50,069 bases of DNA from a virus (Duplodnaviria; Heunggongvirae; Uroviricota; Caudoviricetes): the IMG/VR virus record IMGVR_UViG_641522650_000006, one strand, 5' to 3'. The notes below the pieces were generated by a model, which saw only the letters and a list, made by a program, of their open reading frames with translations, was not told the origin of the DNA and searched no databases. The translations under genes and the position numbers were made by a program. Shown here piece after piece: positions 12,269-21,549 of the stretch (its first letter is position 1; each line of letters opens with the position of its first letter).

Positions 12269-12459
12269 TTAGTTACGAAATCATCATCTCCACTACGGAA
12301 TACAGAAACGATGTATCAGTTCGCACGGATGTATCTGTCTGGCACCGTCGCTATAAATCCAGAAAAACAGCGGAACTGAAAGCGGCAGAGATGTGTGAAA
12401 CCATCTCAATGAAAGGTAGCCCGGTTAAATACGTAACTACGGTGGAGGTGCGTCCATGA
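12265..12459 (+). CDS. hypothetical small protein
   Basis: 64-aa ORF, start overlaps upstream stop. Confidence 0.3.
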   Translation: MISYEIIISTTEYRNDVSVRTDVSVWHRRYKSRKTAELKAAEMCETISMKGSPVKYVTTVEVRP

Positions 12460-12680
12460 TCCGCCACATCGTTAATTCCCTGTATCACCGATACAACCGT
12501 TGCCCCCGTGTGGGGCAGTGGTTCGCCACCAGCAACGGTCACGTTCTGCGGGTTTGCCTAGTCAACGCTGAAAGCCAGAAAGTCGTGTGCGAACTACAGG
12601 GGCGTAGCTACACCATCAGTTACCCTCTGGCGGTATTTCTGTCTGGAAAAATGTTTAAGCGTCTGGGAGGTGTGGCGTGA
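12456..12680 (+). CDS. hypothetical small protein
   Basis: 74-aa ORF in a chain of overlapping start/stop codons. Confidence 0.3.
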   Translation: MIRHIVNSLYHRYNRCPRVGQWFATSNGHVLRVCLVNAESQKVVCELQGRSYTISYPLAVFLSGKMFKRLGGVA

Positions 12681-12976
12681 ACTGTTTTCAGTTTGTGTGC
12701 GGATGTGCTTTCGATAACCCGATTCAGCGCCTGATTATGTTGCGTGTTTTGATGTCGGGTTCTTCAGACGGTGAAGGCGAGAGAGTTATTGATCATCAGG
12801 TGCTTGCTGATTTCTGCTGTTGTTCTAAGCAAGCGATATTCAGGGAAACCCTGGCACTGGAAAGAGCTGGTTATCTTCATATCCGAAAAATTGCAACGCT
12901 TACTATTGATGCAAAAGCCAGACTACAACCTGCGCGTGGCTACACAATTCTCATGCCGCGGAAGGAGGTTGTATGA
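12677..12976 (+). CDS. hypothetical protein
   Basis: 99-aa ORF, overlapping start/stop with neighbours. Confidence 0.3.
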   Translation: MNCFQFVCGCAFDNPIQRLIMLRVLMSGSSDGEGERVIDHQVLADFCCCSKQAIFRETLALERAGYLHIRKIATLTIDAKARLQPARGYTILMPRKEVV

Positions 12977-13953
12977 GCCGTTACGCCCCCACACCGGAAG
13001 TTATGGCTATTGGTCAAATTAATATTTCCGGCAATGTTACACCTGCGAACTGGTGGAAATATATTCGACTACCCAGTGGGCGTCCGGATGCGACGGCTAT
13101 CGCTCTGCTTTCAGAGATCGTTTACTGGTACCGCCCGACAGAGGTCAGGGATGAGCACACCGGAGCGTTGCTGGGATATCGCAAGCGTTTTCAGGGCGAC
13201 AAACTGCAAAGAAGCTACCAGGCGTTTGCTGAGCAGTTTGGTTTCGGGAAAAGGGAAACCGCAGATGCGCTGAAGCGTCTGCGCGATGCAGGGTTTATTA
13301 CTCTGGATTTACGCACGGTGGAAATGCTCGATGGGGTGAAATGCAGCAATATTTTGTTTGTCGGGATCAACCCACAGGCAATTGCGGCCATCACCACACC
13401 TTCTTCTGTTTCGCCAGAAAGTAACAGCAATAATGCAATCAGCGATACAGCTATTACGTTAAAACGGAACACCCCCCGACGTCATAACGGAACAGGGGAT
13501 ACGCCGAATGTTGATACAAATACAGAGATTACAACGGAGACTAAAAACACTATTGATGCATCCGCTGACGCGTCTGCGCCAGCGCGTTCTGCCCGACAGG
13601 AATATTCACCGGAATTTGAACAGGCCTGGCAGGAATATCCCAAACGTGCTGGTGGCAATTCCAAGTCAGCAGCCTTCAAAGCCTGGAAAGCCCGTATCAG
13701 GGAAGGAATAAAACCGGAGACCATGCTTGATGGCGTGAAGCGGTATGCCGCCTGGGTACGTGCTACAGGAAATACCGGCACACAGTTCGTGAAGCAGGCT
13801 GCGACGTTCTTTGGACCCGATCGTCACTTCGAAGATTACTGGCAACAGCCAGCCGCTCACGGAGGTGGGCGACAGCGACAGGTTGATGTCCTGGCTGGCC
13901 TGGGAGCCATGTCTGACAAATTCGGTAAATCCAGTAACAAATTGACATTCTGA
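12973..13953 (+). CDS. replication initiation protein (O-like)
   Basis: 326 aa, sits immediately upstream of DnaC-like and DnaB-like genes. Confidence 0.4.
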   Translation: MSRYAPTPEVMAIGQINISGNVTPANWWKYIRLPSGRPDATAIALLSEIVYWYRPTEVRDEHTGALLGYRKRFQGDKLQRSYQAFAEQFGFGKRETADALKRLRDAGFITLDLRTVEMLDGVKCSNILFVGINPQAIAAITTPSSVSPESNSNNAISDTAITLKRNTPRRHNGTGDTPNVDTNTEITTETKNTIDASADASAPARSARQEYSPEFEQAWQEYPKRAGGNSKSAAFKAWKARIREGIKPETMLDGVKRYAAWVRATGNTGTQFVKQAATFFGPDRHFEDYWQQPAAHGGGRQRQVDVLAGLGAMSDKFGKSSNKLTF

Positions 13954-13954
13954 G

Positions 13955-14842
13955 GTGACAGCGATGATGACGATTGACCAACGTGAGAAACAAACAAGAC
14001 TACAGGCGCGAATGGATGAGTTACGGGCAGAGATTGCATTTGCTCAGAAGGGCGAAAAGCCATGGCCTTATCGTTCCTGCCTGATGCGTGAAGGTCGCGG
14101 ATATTGCGAAAAACACGGTAAATATCGTACGCATATACTGGTGTGGAGCGATCGTAATGGCGAGGACAGAGAAAAAATTTCATGCTGCCCTGACTGCTTG
14201 ATCGCTGAGGCCAGTTATTTGACCATGGAACTGTCGTCCCTCAAGGCGGAAGAACTGACTGATAACGCCGGAATTGCTCTGCGTTTTCGGGACTGCGAGT
14301 TTGATAATTATCTGGAGGTTAATCCTGACGCAGCCAGAAATCTTGCGGCCTGTCGCCGCTATGCGGAGAACTGGCCAGATATGCTGGAGAACGGTACCAG
14401 TCTTGTTATGACCGGCAGTTGCGGTACCGGGAAAAATCATCTGGCGGTATCAATGGCAAAACACATCATCCGTAACTATCTGGCCAGTGTGGAGATCACC
14501 GACGTGATGCGCCTTACCCGGGCTGTGAAAAACTGCTGGCGGAATGACAGTGAAAAAACAGCGGATGACGTCATTGAGCATTATGCGTCACTGGATTTGC
14601 TGATTGTCGACGAAGTCGGCGTTCAGTTTGGCAGTGCGGCTGAAATGGCCATTTTGCAGGAAATTATCAATGCCCGGTATGAGGGTATTTTGCCAACTAT
14701 CTTGATCAGCAATCTTTCACCGGAAGAATTGTGGGCGTTCATCAGTCCCCGGATTGCCGACAGGATCACCGATGGCGGGCGCAACTGGTTGTCGTTTAAC
14801 TGGCCCAGCTACCGTTCTCGTATCGGAGGTGTTGCCGCATGA
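13955..14842 (+). CDS. DnaC-like helicase loader (IstB-like AAA ATPase)
   Basis: Walker A TGSCGTGKNHLA, Walker B LLIVDEVG; N-terminal Cys cluster. Confidence 0.65.
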   Translation: MTAMMTIDQREKQTRLQARMDELRAEIAFAQKGEKPWPYRSCLMREGRGYCEKHGKYRTHILVWSDRNGEDREKISCCPDCLIAEASYLTMELSSLKAEELTDNAGIALRFRDCEFDNYLEVNPDAARNLAACRRYAENWPDMLENGTSLVMTGSCGTGKNHLAVSMAKHIIRNYLASVEITDVMRLTRAVKNCWRNDSEKTADDVIEHYASLDLLIVDEVGVQFGSAAEMAILQEIINARYEGILPTILISNLSPEELWAFISPRIADRITDGGRNWLSFNWPSYRSRIGGVAA

Positions 14843-16240
14843 CCAGCCAGAACACCCCGGCATGGCGTAACGATGACCTGGAAGGCGCTGTCATCGGTGC
14901 GTTTTTTCTGCGTGGGGCCGATCCGGAAGTGATGGATATTCTGGCCACACTTCCGGCGGATGTATTTTTTGTGCGTCAGTACCGGGATATTTACGCGGGG
15001 ATTTGCAGACAGGCTCGCATATCCGGCGTCATTGACCCCGTACTGCTGTGCAATGAGATGCCGGAACTTGCCCCGGTGATTACCGACACCGGACGCAAAA
15101 CCTGGGTGAAGTCTTCACTGGAGCACTATGTCGCAGCGTTGCGGCGCAATGCCGCACTGCGCGATGCAGAAAAAACACTGACTGAAGCATTACAGAATTT
15201 ACGTGATGCGTATACCTGTGAAGCAGCCGAGGATGCCCTGAAGGATGTGCAGAACATGATGGCCTCACTGTCGACCGGAAAGGGCGTCATTCAGCCGGTT
15301 CACATTGATGATGTCCTTCTGGAAGTGGTCGACCGTGTTGAATGCCGCAATCAGGGACTGGAGAAATCCAGGGCGCTGATGACCGGTATTGATGAACTGG
15401 ACGCAAAAACGGGCGGTATGGAGCCCGGAGACCTGGTATTCATTGCCGCCCGTCCTTCGATGGGGAAAACCGAACTTGCGCTGGACATCATCGACAAGGT
15501 GACTGAGCAGGGGCATGGCGTGCTTCTGTTCACCATGGAGATGGCGAACATCCAGATTGGTGAACGTATGGTGTCTGCTGCCGGTGGAATGCCGGTATCC
15601 CGTCTTAAGTCTGTTGCCCGTTTTGAAGATGAAGACTGGGCGCGTTTCTCGCAGGGCGTGGGACGAATGACGGGGCGTAATATCTGGATGGTGGACCAGG
15701 CAAACCTGACCCATTGATGAGATATGTGCAACCACGAAGCACCACCGGATGAAACACCCGGAAACGGCGCTGGTGGTGGTCGATTACCTCGGCCTGATTA
15801 AAACCCGCAGTACGGGGCGTCACGACCTTGCGGTGGGGGAAATCTCAAAGGGACTTAAAAGCCTGGCAAAATCCGGCGGTTTTCCGCTGATTGCTCTGAG
15901 CCAGCTCTCCCGCGGCGTGGAATCCAGACCCAATAAACGCCCAATGAACTCGGACCTGAAAAACTCCGGGGAAATCGAGGCGGATGCCGACATCATTCTG
16001 ATGCTTTACAGGGATGAGGTATACAACCCGGAAACTCAGGCCAGAGGCATAGCAGAAATCAACATCACGAAACAGCGTAATGGCACGCTCGGGACCATTT
16101 ACCGGCGTTTTCATAACGGACATTTTCTGCCTGTGGACCAGGAGAGTGCCCGGGTTCTTTCCACACCCATGACGCCGGGCAATCCGCGCAGATACAGCAA
16201 TAACCGCATGTCGGGCAGTAAAACGGAGCGTTTATTTTGA
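14839..16240 (+). pseudogene. DnaB-like replicative helicase, frameshifted near 15700-15717
   Basis: ORF 14839-15717 (Walker A ARPSMGKT) and ORF 15749-16240 (VVVDYLGL...) are in different frames. Confidence 0.6.
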
Positions 16241-16494
16241 ACAACAGAACAATCACTGTTTCACCGGAACAACTTCGTCGGCAGGCGCAGGAGATGCTTC
16301 GTTGTGCTGAACAGATGGAAAAAACGAGCGTGGCAAAAGATACGCTCCGCAAGCAGCTTACTCCGGCGCTTCGTGATCTGCTGCAGGCAAAACACCGTAC
16401 ACAAAAGGCGGTGGATGAGCTGGTGGATTGCGTGGCGGAACTGGAAGGCCAGGTAAGCCAGTTTGAAACGCTGGTGAAGGAGTTTACTGCGTGA
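16237..16494 (+). CDS. hypothetical small protein
   Basis: 85-aa ORF, start overlaps helicase stop. Confidence 0.3.
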   Translation: MNNRTITVSPEQLRRQAQEMLRCAEQMEKTSVAKDTLRKQLTPALRDLLQAKHRTQKAVDELVDCVAELEGQVSQFETLVKEFTA

Positions 16495-16539
16495 TGGCTG
16501 AATTTTTTCTCCTGCGTTCATGCAATATCGTTCGCTGAG

Positions 16540-17535
16540 GTGACCGTGAGAGCATTGTTGACTCCTGAAATTGCCCCGCGAATGGGGATTGTATTGTTCA
16601 GGCCCGGTTCAGAGCTGATGCCCCTGTTTATGCAGGGGCGTGTCCTGCTGGAGCCTGAGCCGGAACGTTATTCATCTTTCGCCAGCGGTGCCGTTCCGGC
16701 AGCATCACAACCGCTGGCGGATGATCCTGCCGTTCGGGCCGTGTTCCGCCATGAGGCGGTGATCCGTCGTGCTGGTGGCGTGGAATGCCTTGAGAGCTGG
16801 TTACTTCGTGAAAAGGGCTGTCAGTGGCCTCATTCCGACTGGCACAGCGAGAACATGACCACAATGCGGCACGCGCCAGGCGCAATCCGTCTGTGCTGGC
16901 ACTGTGACAATCTTCTCCGTGACCAGTTCACGGAACGGCTGGAATCAATGGCAACGGATAACTGTGCCCGCTGGGTGTTGTCTGTTGTGCGTCGGGATCT
17001 CGGTTTTGATGACAGTCACGTTGTGACAATGCCGGAACTGTGCTGGTGGCTGATTCGTAATGACCTGGCGGATGCCTTACCGGAAAGTGCAGCCCGTAAG
17101 GCACTGAGATTACCGAAGCCTGTTGTGCCGTCTGTCACCCGGGAAAGTGACCTTGTGCCTTCGGTTCCTGCCACCAGCATCATCCAGGATAAGGCGAAAA
17201 AGGTGCTGGCGCTGAAAGTGGATCCGGAGTCGCCGGAGTCTTTTATGTTACGCCCAAAACGTCGCCGCTGGGTTAACGAGAAATACACACGCTGGGTGAA
17301 GACACAGCCGTGTGCGTGTTGTGGTAAGCCAGCCGACGATCCCCATCACCTGATTGGTCATGGTCAGGGCTGAATGGGGACAAAATCTCACGATATTTTC
17401 ACGCTACCGCTGTGTCGGGAGCATCACAACGAGCTTCATGCGGATCCTCTGGCGTTCGAAGAAAAGCATGGTTCTCAGGTTGATTTAATTTTTCGTTTTC
17501 TTGATCACGCCTTTGCAACTGGCGTGCTTGGGTAA
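16540..17535 (+). pseudogene. DUF968/NinG-like phage protein with in-frame TGA at 17371-17373
   Basis: ...PCACCGKPADDPHHLIGHGQG-stop-MGTKSHDIFTLPLCREHHNELH... continues in the same frame. Confidence 0.5.
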
Positions 17536-17547
17536 AAGAGGTGACTG

Positions 17548-17922
17548 ATGCTCATAGATTTGGTTTTACCTTACCCGCCGACGGTGAACACTTACTGGCG
17601 ACGCCGTGGCAGCACATATTTTATCTCGGAGGAGGGAAAGCGTTATCGCCGGGCTGTGGCGCTTATTGTTCGCCAGCAGCGGCTGAAATTAAGCCTGTCC
17701 GGAAGGCTGGCGATAAAGGTGATTGCAGAGCCACCGGATAAGCGTCGTCGCGACCTGGACAATATCCTGAAAGCACCGCTGGATGCGCTGACGCATGCGG
17801 GAGTGTTAATGGACGATGAGCAGTTTGATGAAATCAATATCGTTCGTGGTCAGCCAGTATCTGGTGGACGTATGGGGGTGAAGATTTACCCCATAATGCA
17901 TGAAGAGCAGGTCAAAAAATGA
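17548..17922 (+). CDS. rusA: RusA Holliday-junction resolvase
   Basis: LPYPPTVNTYWRRRG...RRRDLDNILKAPLDALTHAGVLMDD. Confidence 0.8.
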   Translation: MLIDLVLPYPPTVNTYWRRRGSTYFISEEGKRYRRAVALIVRQQRLKLSLSGRLAIKVIAEPPDKRRRDLDNILKAPLDALTHAGVLMDDEQFDEINIVRGQPVSGGRMGVKIYPIMHEEQVKK

Positions 17923-18740
17923 AACTGGAAGATTTACCGAAATACTACTCCCCAAAATCCCCTAGCCTGACCGATGCATCGGCCTCAACGTCAAAAGATG
18001 CGCTGAGTATCACTGATGTGATGGCCGCGCAGGGCATGACACAGAATCGGGCTGAGATGGGGTTTTCTGCGTTCCTGGGGAAAATGGGCATCAGTATGAA
18101 TGACAGGGCGCGGGCAACAGAATTACTGGCAGATTATGCACTCAGTCGGTGCGATCGTGTGGCGGCGTTGAGAAAACTTCCGGCAGAAATAAAACCGGTA
18201 GTGATGCGCATTATGGCTTCGTATGCGTTTGAAGATTATGCCCGTAGCGCGGCGAGCAAAAAACAGTGCCCCTGCTGTCACGGAAAAAAATTTATTGAAA
18301 GCGAGGTTTTTACAAACAAGATCCAGTATCCGGATGGTAAGCCACCAGTGTGGGCAAAGTGCACAAAAGGCGTGTATCCGTCTTACTGGGAAGAATGGAA
18401 AAAAGTCAGGGAGGTGGTAAAAGTTGCCTGTCCGGAGTGTGGCGGAAAGGGTGAGGTTTCCACCGCCTGTAAGGATTGCCGTGGGCGTGGTGTCGCCATT
18501 CATCGTGAAGAGTCGGTAAAACGTGGTATGCCTGTTATCAGAGACTGCCAGCGTTGTGGTGGTCGTGGCTGTGAAAGACTACCATCAACGGAGGCATTTA
18601 ATGCCATATGCAAAGTGACGAGTGCTATCACGCTTGATACGTGGAAAAAATCAGTGAAACGCTTTTACGATACGTTGGTGGTTCGGTTTGACATTGAAGA
18701 GGCATGGGCGGAGCGGCAGTTAAAGAGGGTAACGCGATAG
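17919..18740 (+). CDS. Q-like late antiterminator (zinc-binding)
   Basis: 273 aa with several CxxC pairs; last gene before a PR'-like promoter and terminated leader. Confidence 0.5.
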   Translation: MKLEDLPKYYSPKSPSLTDASASTSKDALSITDVMAAQGMTQNRAEMGFSAFLGKMGISMNDRARATELLADYALSRCDRVAALRKLPAEIKPVVMRIMASYAFEDYARSAASKKQCPCCHGKKFIESEVFTNKIQYPDGKPPVWAKCTKGVYPSYWEEWKKVREVVKVACPECGGKGEVSTACKDCRGRGVAIHREESVKRGMPVIRDCQRCGGRGCERLPSTEAFNAICKVTSAITLDTWKKSVKRFYDTLVVRFDIEEAWAERQLKRVTR

Positions 18741-18745
18741 TTTTG

Positions 18746-18774
18746 TTGATTTTTCCCGAATCTGTGGTAAATTT
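18746..18774 (+). promoter_or_regulatory. PR'-like late promoter
   Basis: TTGATT, 16-17 bp spacer, TAAATT; lambda PR' uses a similar -10. Confidence 0.4.
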
Positions 18775-18822
18775 GCTCTAATGATGGGCGTTTTATGCCT
18801 GACGTTAGAAGATTTTTTACAC

Positions 18823-18844
18823 CCCGCCGCCTGGCGGGTTTTTT
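18823..18844 (+). terminator. rho-independent terminator (tR'-like)
   Basis: CCCGCC-GCCT-GGCGGG followed by TTTTTT. Confidence 0.45.
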
Positions 18845-18966
18845 ATGACTGAAATCGCGTCAGTACAGTAAACGCGCTGGTGGCGGTGAATACCTGTCTT
18901 TCAGCTTGCTGGCTTTTTCGACAAGAGTTATTGGTGTGTCACGTTAACCGGAAAAGGGAAAAAGAC

Positions 18967-19164
18967 ATGCTAAAACAGCAGGATATGACAGAAACCGCCA
19001 GAGTGGTGTTTAATGAATTAAGCGTTACCGAACCGGCGACAGTCGGGGAGATAGCGCAGAATACTTACCTTTCACGCGAACGCTGCCAGTTAATACTGAC
19101 CCAGCTGGTTATGGCGGGTCTGGCAGACTATCAGTTCGGTTGTTACAGACGCCTTCCGCAGTGA
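18967..19164 (+). CDS. hypothetical small protein
   Basis: ORF with purine-rich RBS-like stretch upstream. Confidence 0.3.
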   Translation: MLKQQDMTETARVVFNELSVTEPATVGEIAQNTYLSRERCQLILTQLVMAGLADYQFGCYRRLPQ

Positions 19165-19314
19165 AGGCTTTTTTATTTGTGGTAAATGGGCGGCTGGTGG
19201 GTGTTAGGGGCACCCACCAGCCATCTGCTCATGCGTTGGGTTCACAAGCAAACCTCAGGCCCACTGCTTTGCGCAAAAGCAGAATGAGCCTATCAGAGAC
19301 AGGCTTAATGATCC

Positions 19315-20364
19315 ATGCTTAATACTGTAAAAATATCCAGTTGTGAGTTAATCAACGCCGACTGCCTGGAATTTATCCGGTCGTTACCCGAAAATTCTGT
19401 TGACCTGATAGTCACGGACCCGCCGTACTTTAAAGTGAAGCCTGAGGGCTGGGATAACCAGTGGAAGGGCGACGATGATTACCTGAAGTGGCTGGACCAG
19501 TGTCTGGCGCAGTTCTGGCGGGTGCTGAAACCTGCCGGAAGTCTTTACCTGTTCTGTGGTCATCGCCTGGCATCTGATATCGAAATCATGATGCGTGAAC
19601 GCTTCAGTGTGCTGAACCATATTATCTGGGCGAAGCCTTCCGGACGCTGGAACGGGTGCAACAAGGAAAGCCTGCGGGCGTATTTCCCCGCCACAGAGCG
19701 CATTCTGTTCGCGGAACATTATCAGGGGCCGTATCGTCCGAAAGATGCCGGGTATGAGGCGAAGGGCAGGGCACTGAAACAGCATGTGATGGCCCCGCTG
19801 ATTTCTTACTTTCGTGATGCATGCGCGGCCCTGGGGATAACGGCAAAACAGATTGCAGATGCCACAGGAAAGAAAAACATGGTGTCGCACTGGTTCAGTG
19901 CCAGTCAGTGGCAGTTGCCGAACGAAAGCGATTATCTGAAATTACAGGCACTGTTTGCCAGGGTGGCAGAAGAGAAGCATCAGCGGGGGGAACTGGAAAA
20001 GCCCCACCACCAGCTGGTGGATACGTATACTTCACTGAACCGACAGTATGCGGAGCTGCAGAGTGAATATAAACATCTGCGGCGGTATTTTGGTGTGACG
20101 GCGCAGGTGCCGTACACGGATGTGTGGACACATAAACCGGTGCAGTTCTATCCCGGGAAACATCCGTGCGAAAAACCGGCAGAAATGCTGCAGCAGATAA
20201 TCAGCGCAAGTAGTCGTCCTGGTGATCTGGTTGCGGATTTTTTCATGGGGTCGGGTTCAACGGTAAAAGCGGCACTGGCGCTCGGGCGTCGTGCGATTGG
20301 CGTTGAACTGGAGACAGGACGTTTTGAGCAGACAGTCAGGGAAGTTCAGGATTTAATCGTTTGA
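19315..20364 (+). CDS. DNA N6-adenine/N4-cytosine methyltransferase, orphan
   Basis: DPPY motif (TDPPYF) and C-terminal FFMGSGST SAM-binding motif; no adjacent restriction gene. Confidence 0.7.
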   Translation: MLNTVKISSCELINADCLEFIRSLPENSVDLIVTDPPYFKVKPEGWDNQWKGDDDYLKWLDQCLAQFWRVLKPAGSLYLFCGHRLASDIEIMMRERFSVLNHIIWAKPSGRWNGCNKESLRAYFPATERILFAEHYQGPYRPKDAGYEAKGRALKQHVMAPLISYFRDACAALGITAKQIADATGKKNMVSHWFSASQWQLPNESDYLKLQALFARVAEEKHQRGELEKPHHQLVDTYTSLNRQYAELQSEYKHLRRYFGVTAQVPYTDVWTHKPVQFYPGKHPCEKPAEMLQQIISASSRPGDLVADFFMGSGSTVKAALALGRRAIGVELETGRFEQTVREVQDLIV

Positions 20365-20413
20365 AACGGATGAGATTGCAGAATTAATTACGCACCATTA
20401 TTATTCTGCTCCC

Positions 20414-20486
20414 GGCCCTTTAGCTCAGTGGTGAGAGCGAGCGACTCATAATCGCCAGGTCGCTGGTTCAAATCCAGCAAGGGCCA
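20414..20486 (+). tRNA. tRNA with CAU anticodon (ileZ-like Ile2, or Met)
   Basis: Acceptor GGCCCTT/AAGGGCC, TAGCTCAGTGG D-arm, GGTTCAAATCC T-arm. Confidence 0.7.
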
Positions 20487-20496
20487 CTATCACATA

Positions 20497-20570
20497 CCGC
20501 CATTAGCTCATCAGGAAAGAGCGCCAGCCTTCGAAGCTGGTTGCGCGGAGTTCGGGTCCCCGAAGGCGGT
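20497..20570 (+). tRNA. tRNA-Arg (UCG), argN-like
   Basis: Cloverleaf with anticodon loop CTTCGAA; one acceptor and one T-stem mismatch. Confidence 0.6.
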
Positions 20571-20586
20571 TCATTATCTGTATCCT

Positions 20587-20663
20587 GCGTTGTTAGCTCA
20601 GCCGGACAGAGCAATTGCCTTCTAAGCAATCGGTCACTGGTTCGAATACAGTAGAACGCGCCA
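20587..20663 (+). tRNA. tRNA-Arg (UCU), argO-like
   Basis: Anticodon loop CTTCTAA, T-loop TTCGAAT, encoded CCA end. Confidence 0.7.
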
Positions 20664-20678
20664 CACTTATTTTCCCTG

Positions 20679-20702
20679 GCTCGCTTTTGCGGGCTTTTTT
20701 TT
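20679..20702 (+). terminator. rho-independent terminator after tRNA cluster
   Basis: GCTCGC-TTTT-GCGGGC followed by eight T. Confidence 0.45.
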
Positions 20703-20953
20703 AAATGTCTCACAATTCAGGCGGTTGACTGTTGTCTGGTTTGCGGGGAGTTTGTTAAAAGAAACTGGCATGGTGAATCCCCCTGTGCGGAGGGGCAATC
20801 AGCGAGTAGGTATATGGGATAATCGCAGATTCAGGTGCTGGTACTGAATTCACCGGGAGGCACCCGGCACCATGCAATGGCACATAGCGCCACTCTCCAG
20901 CCCCTCTCCGGAGGGGCTGTTTATATTGATTTTGTCAGATGTGAGTAAACTCC

Positions 20954-21310
20954 TTATGGACTTTGTTGTTTTAGCCCATAAGGACATATTTGCAGAGTGC
21001 AACGGTTATTAAAGCATTCATTCAATACGTTATCTGTATTTGTAGGGCATTCCTGGCTGTTTTTGATTAAATTCCAGAATGTTTTATTGAATGGTACTAC
21101 GTTGTAAATGGTTACAGGTAGCACTTTGTTATTGAGCATGATGCCTGTGTGAGTCAGTGTAAATATACTTTCAGGAGGTAAGAAAGCATCCGATTGATAC
21201 CAGATTATTAATTTTATTTTACTCCATATGACTGAAAAAGATATTCCGCATGATGGCTGGATAACTGTATCAATCACAATCCACTTCATTTGGTTTCCTT
21301 GTTTATGCAT
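20954..21310 (-). CDS. hypothetical ORF in AT-rich segment
   Basis: 118-aa ORF antisense to late transcription; may be non-coding. Confidence 0.25.
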   Translation of the reverse strand: MHKQGNQMKWIVIDTVIQPSCGISFSVIWSKIKLIIWYQSDAFLPPESIFTLTHTGIMLNNKVLPVTIYNVVPFNKTFWNLIKNSQECPTNTDNVLNECFNNRCTLQICPYGLKQQSP

Positions 21311-21549
21311 TGCTGGTGATGTTCTGAAAAGTATAAATGATATTTTTGAATGTAAACCATAGAGCAGAATTATTTTTCTGATGTTGTTTATTGTTTATTT
21401 AAATGCAGGGTGGTTTATATCTCGTCTTGTAGTTTATCCATGCATATCTGCTTGATGATGAGGTTTTTATTTAAGGTATGGTTTTGTGTTTTTTCTGTAT
21501 TACATGTCAGGTATTTTAAAGAATCATTTTTCAGATGGTGGAAAGAACC

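Noticed and set aside
20664-21549. Shiga toxin genes stxA/stxB
   Set aside because: Looked for between the tRNA cluster and the NanS-p-like gene; the gap is too short and no A or B subunit reading frame is present.
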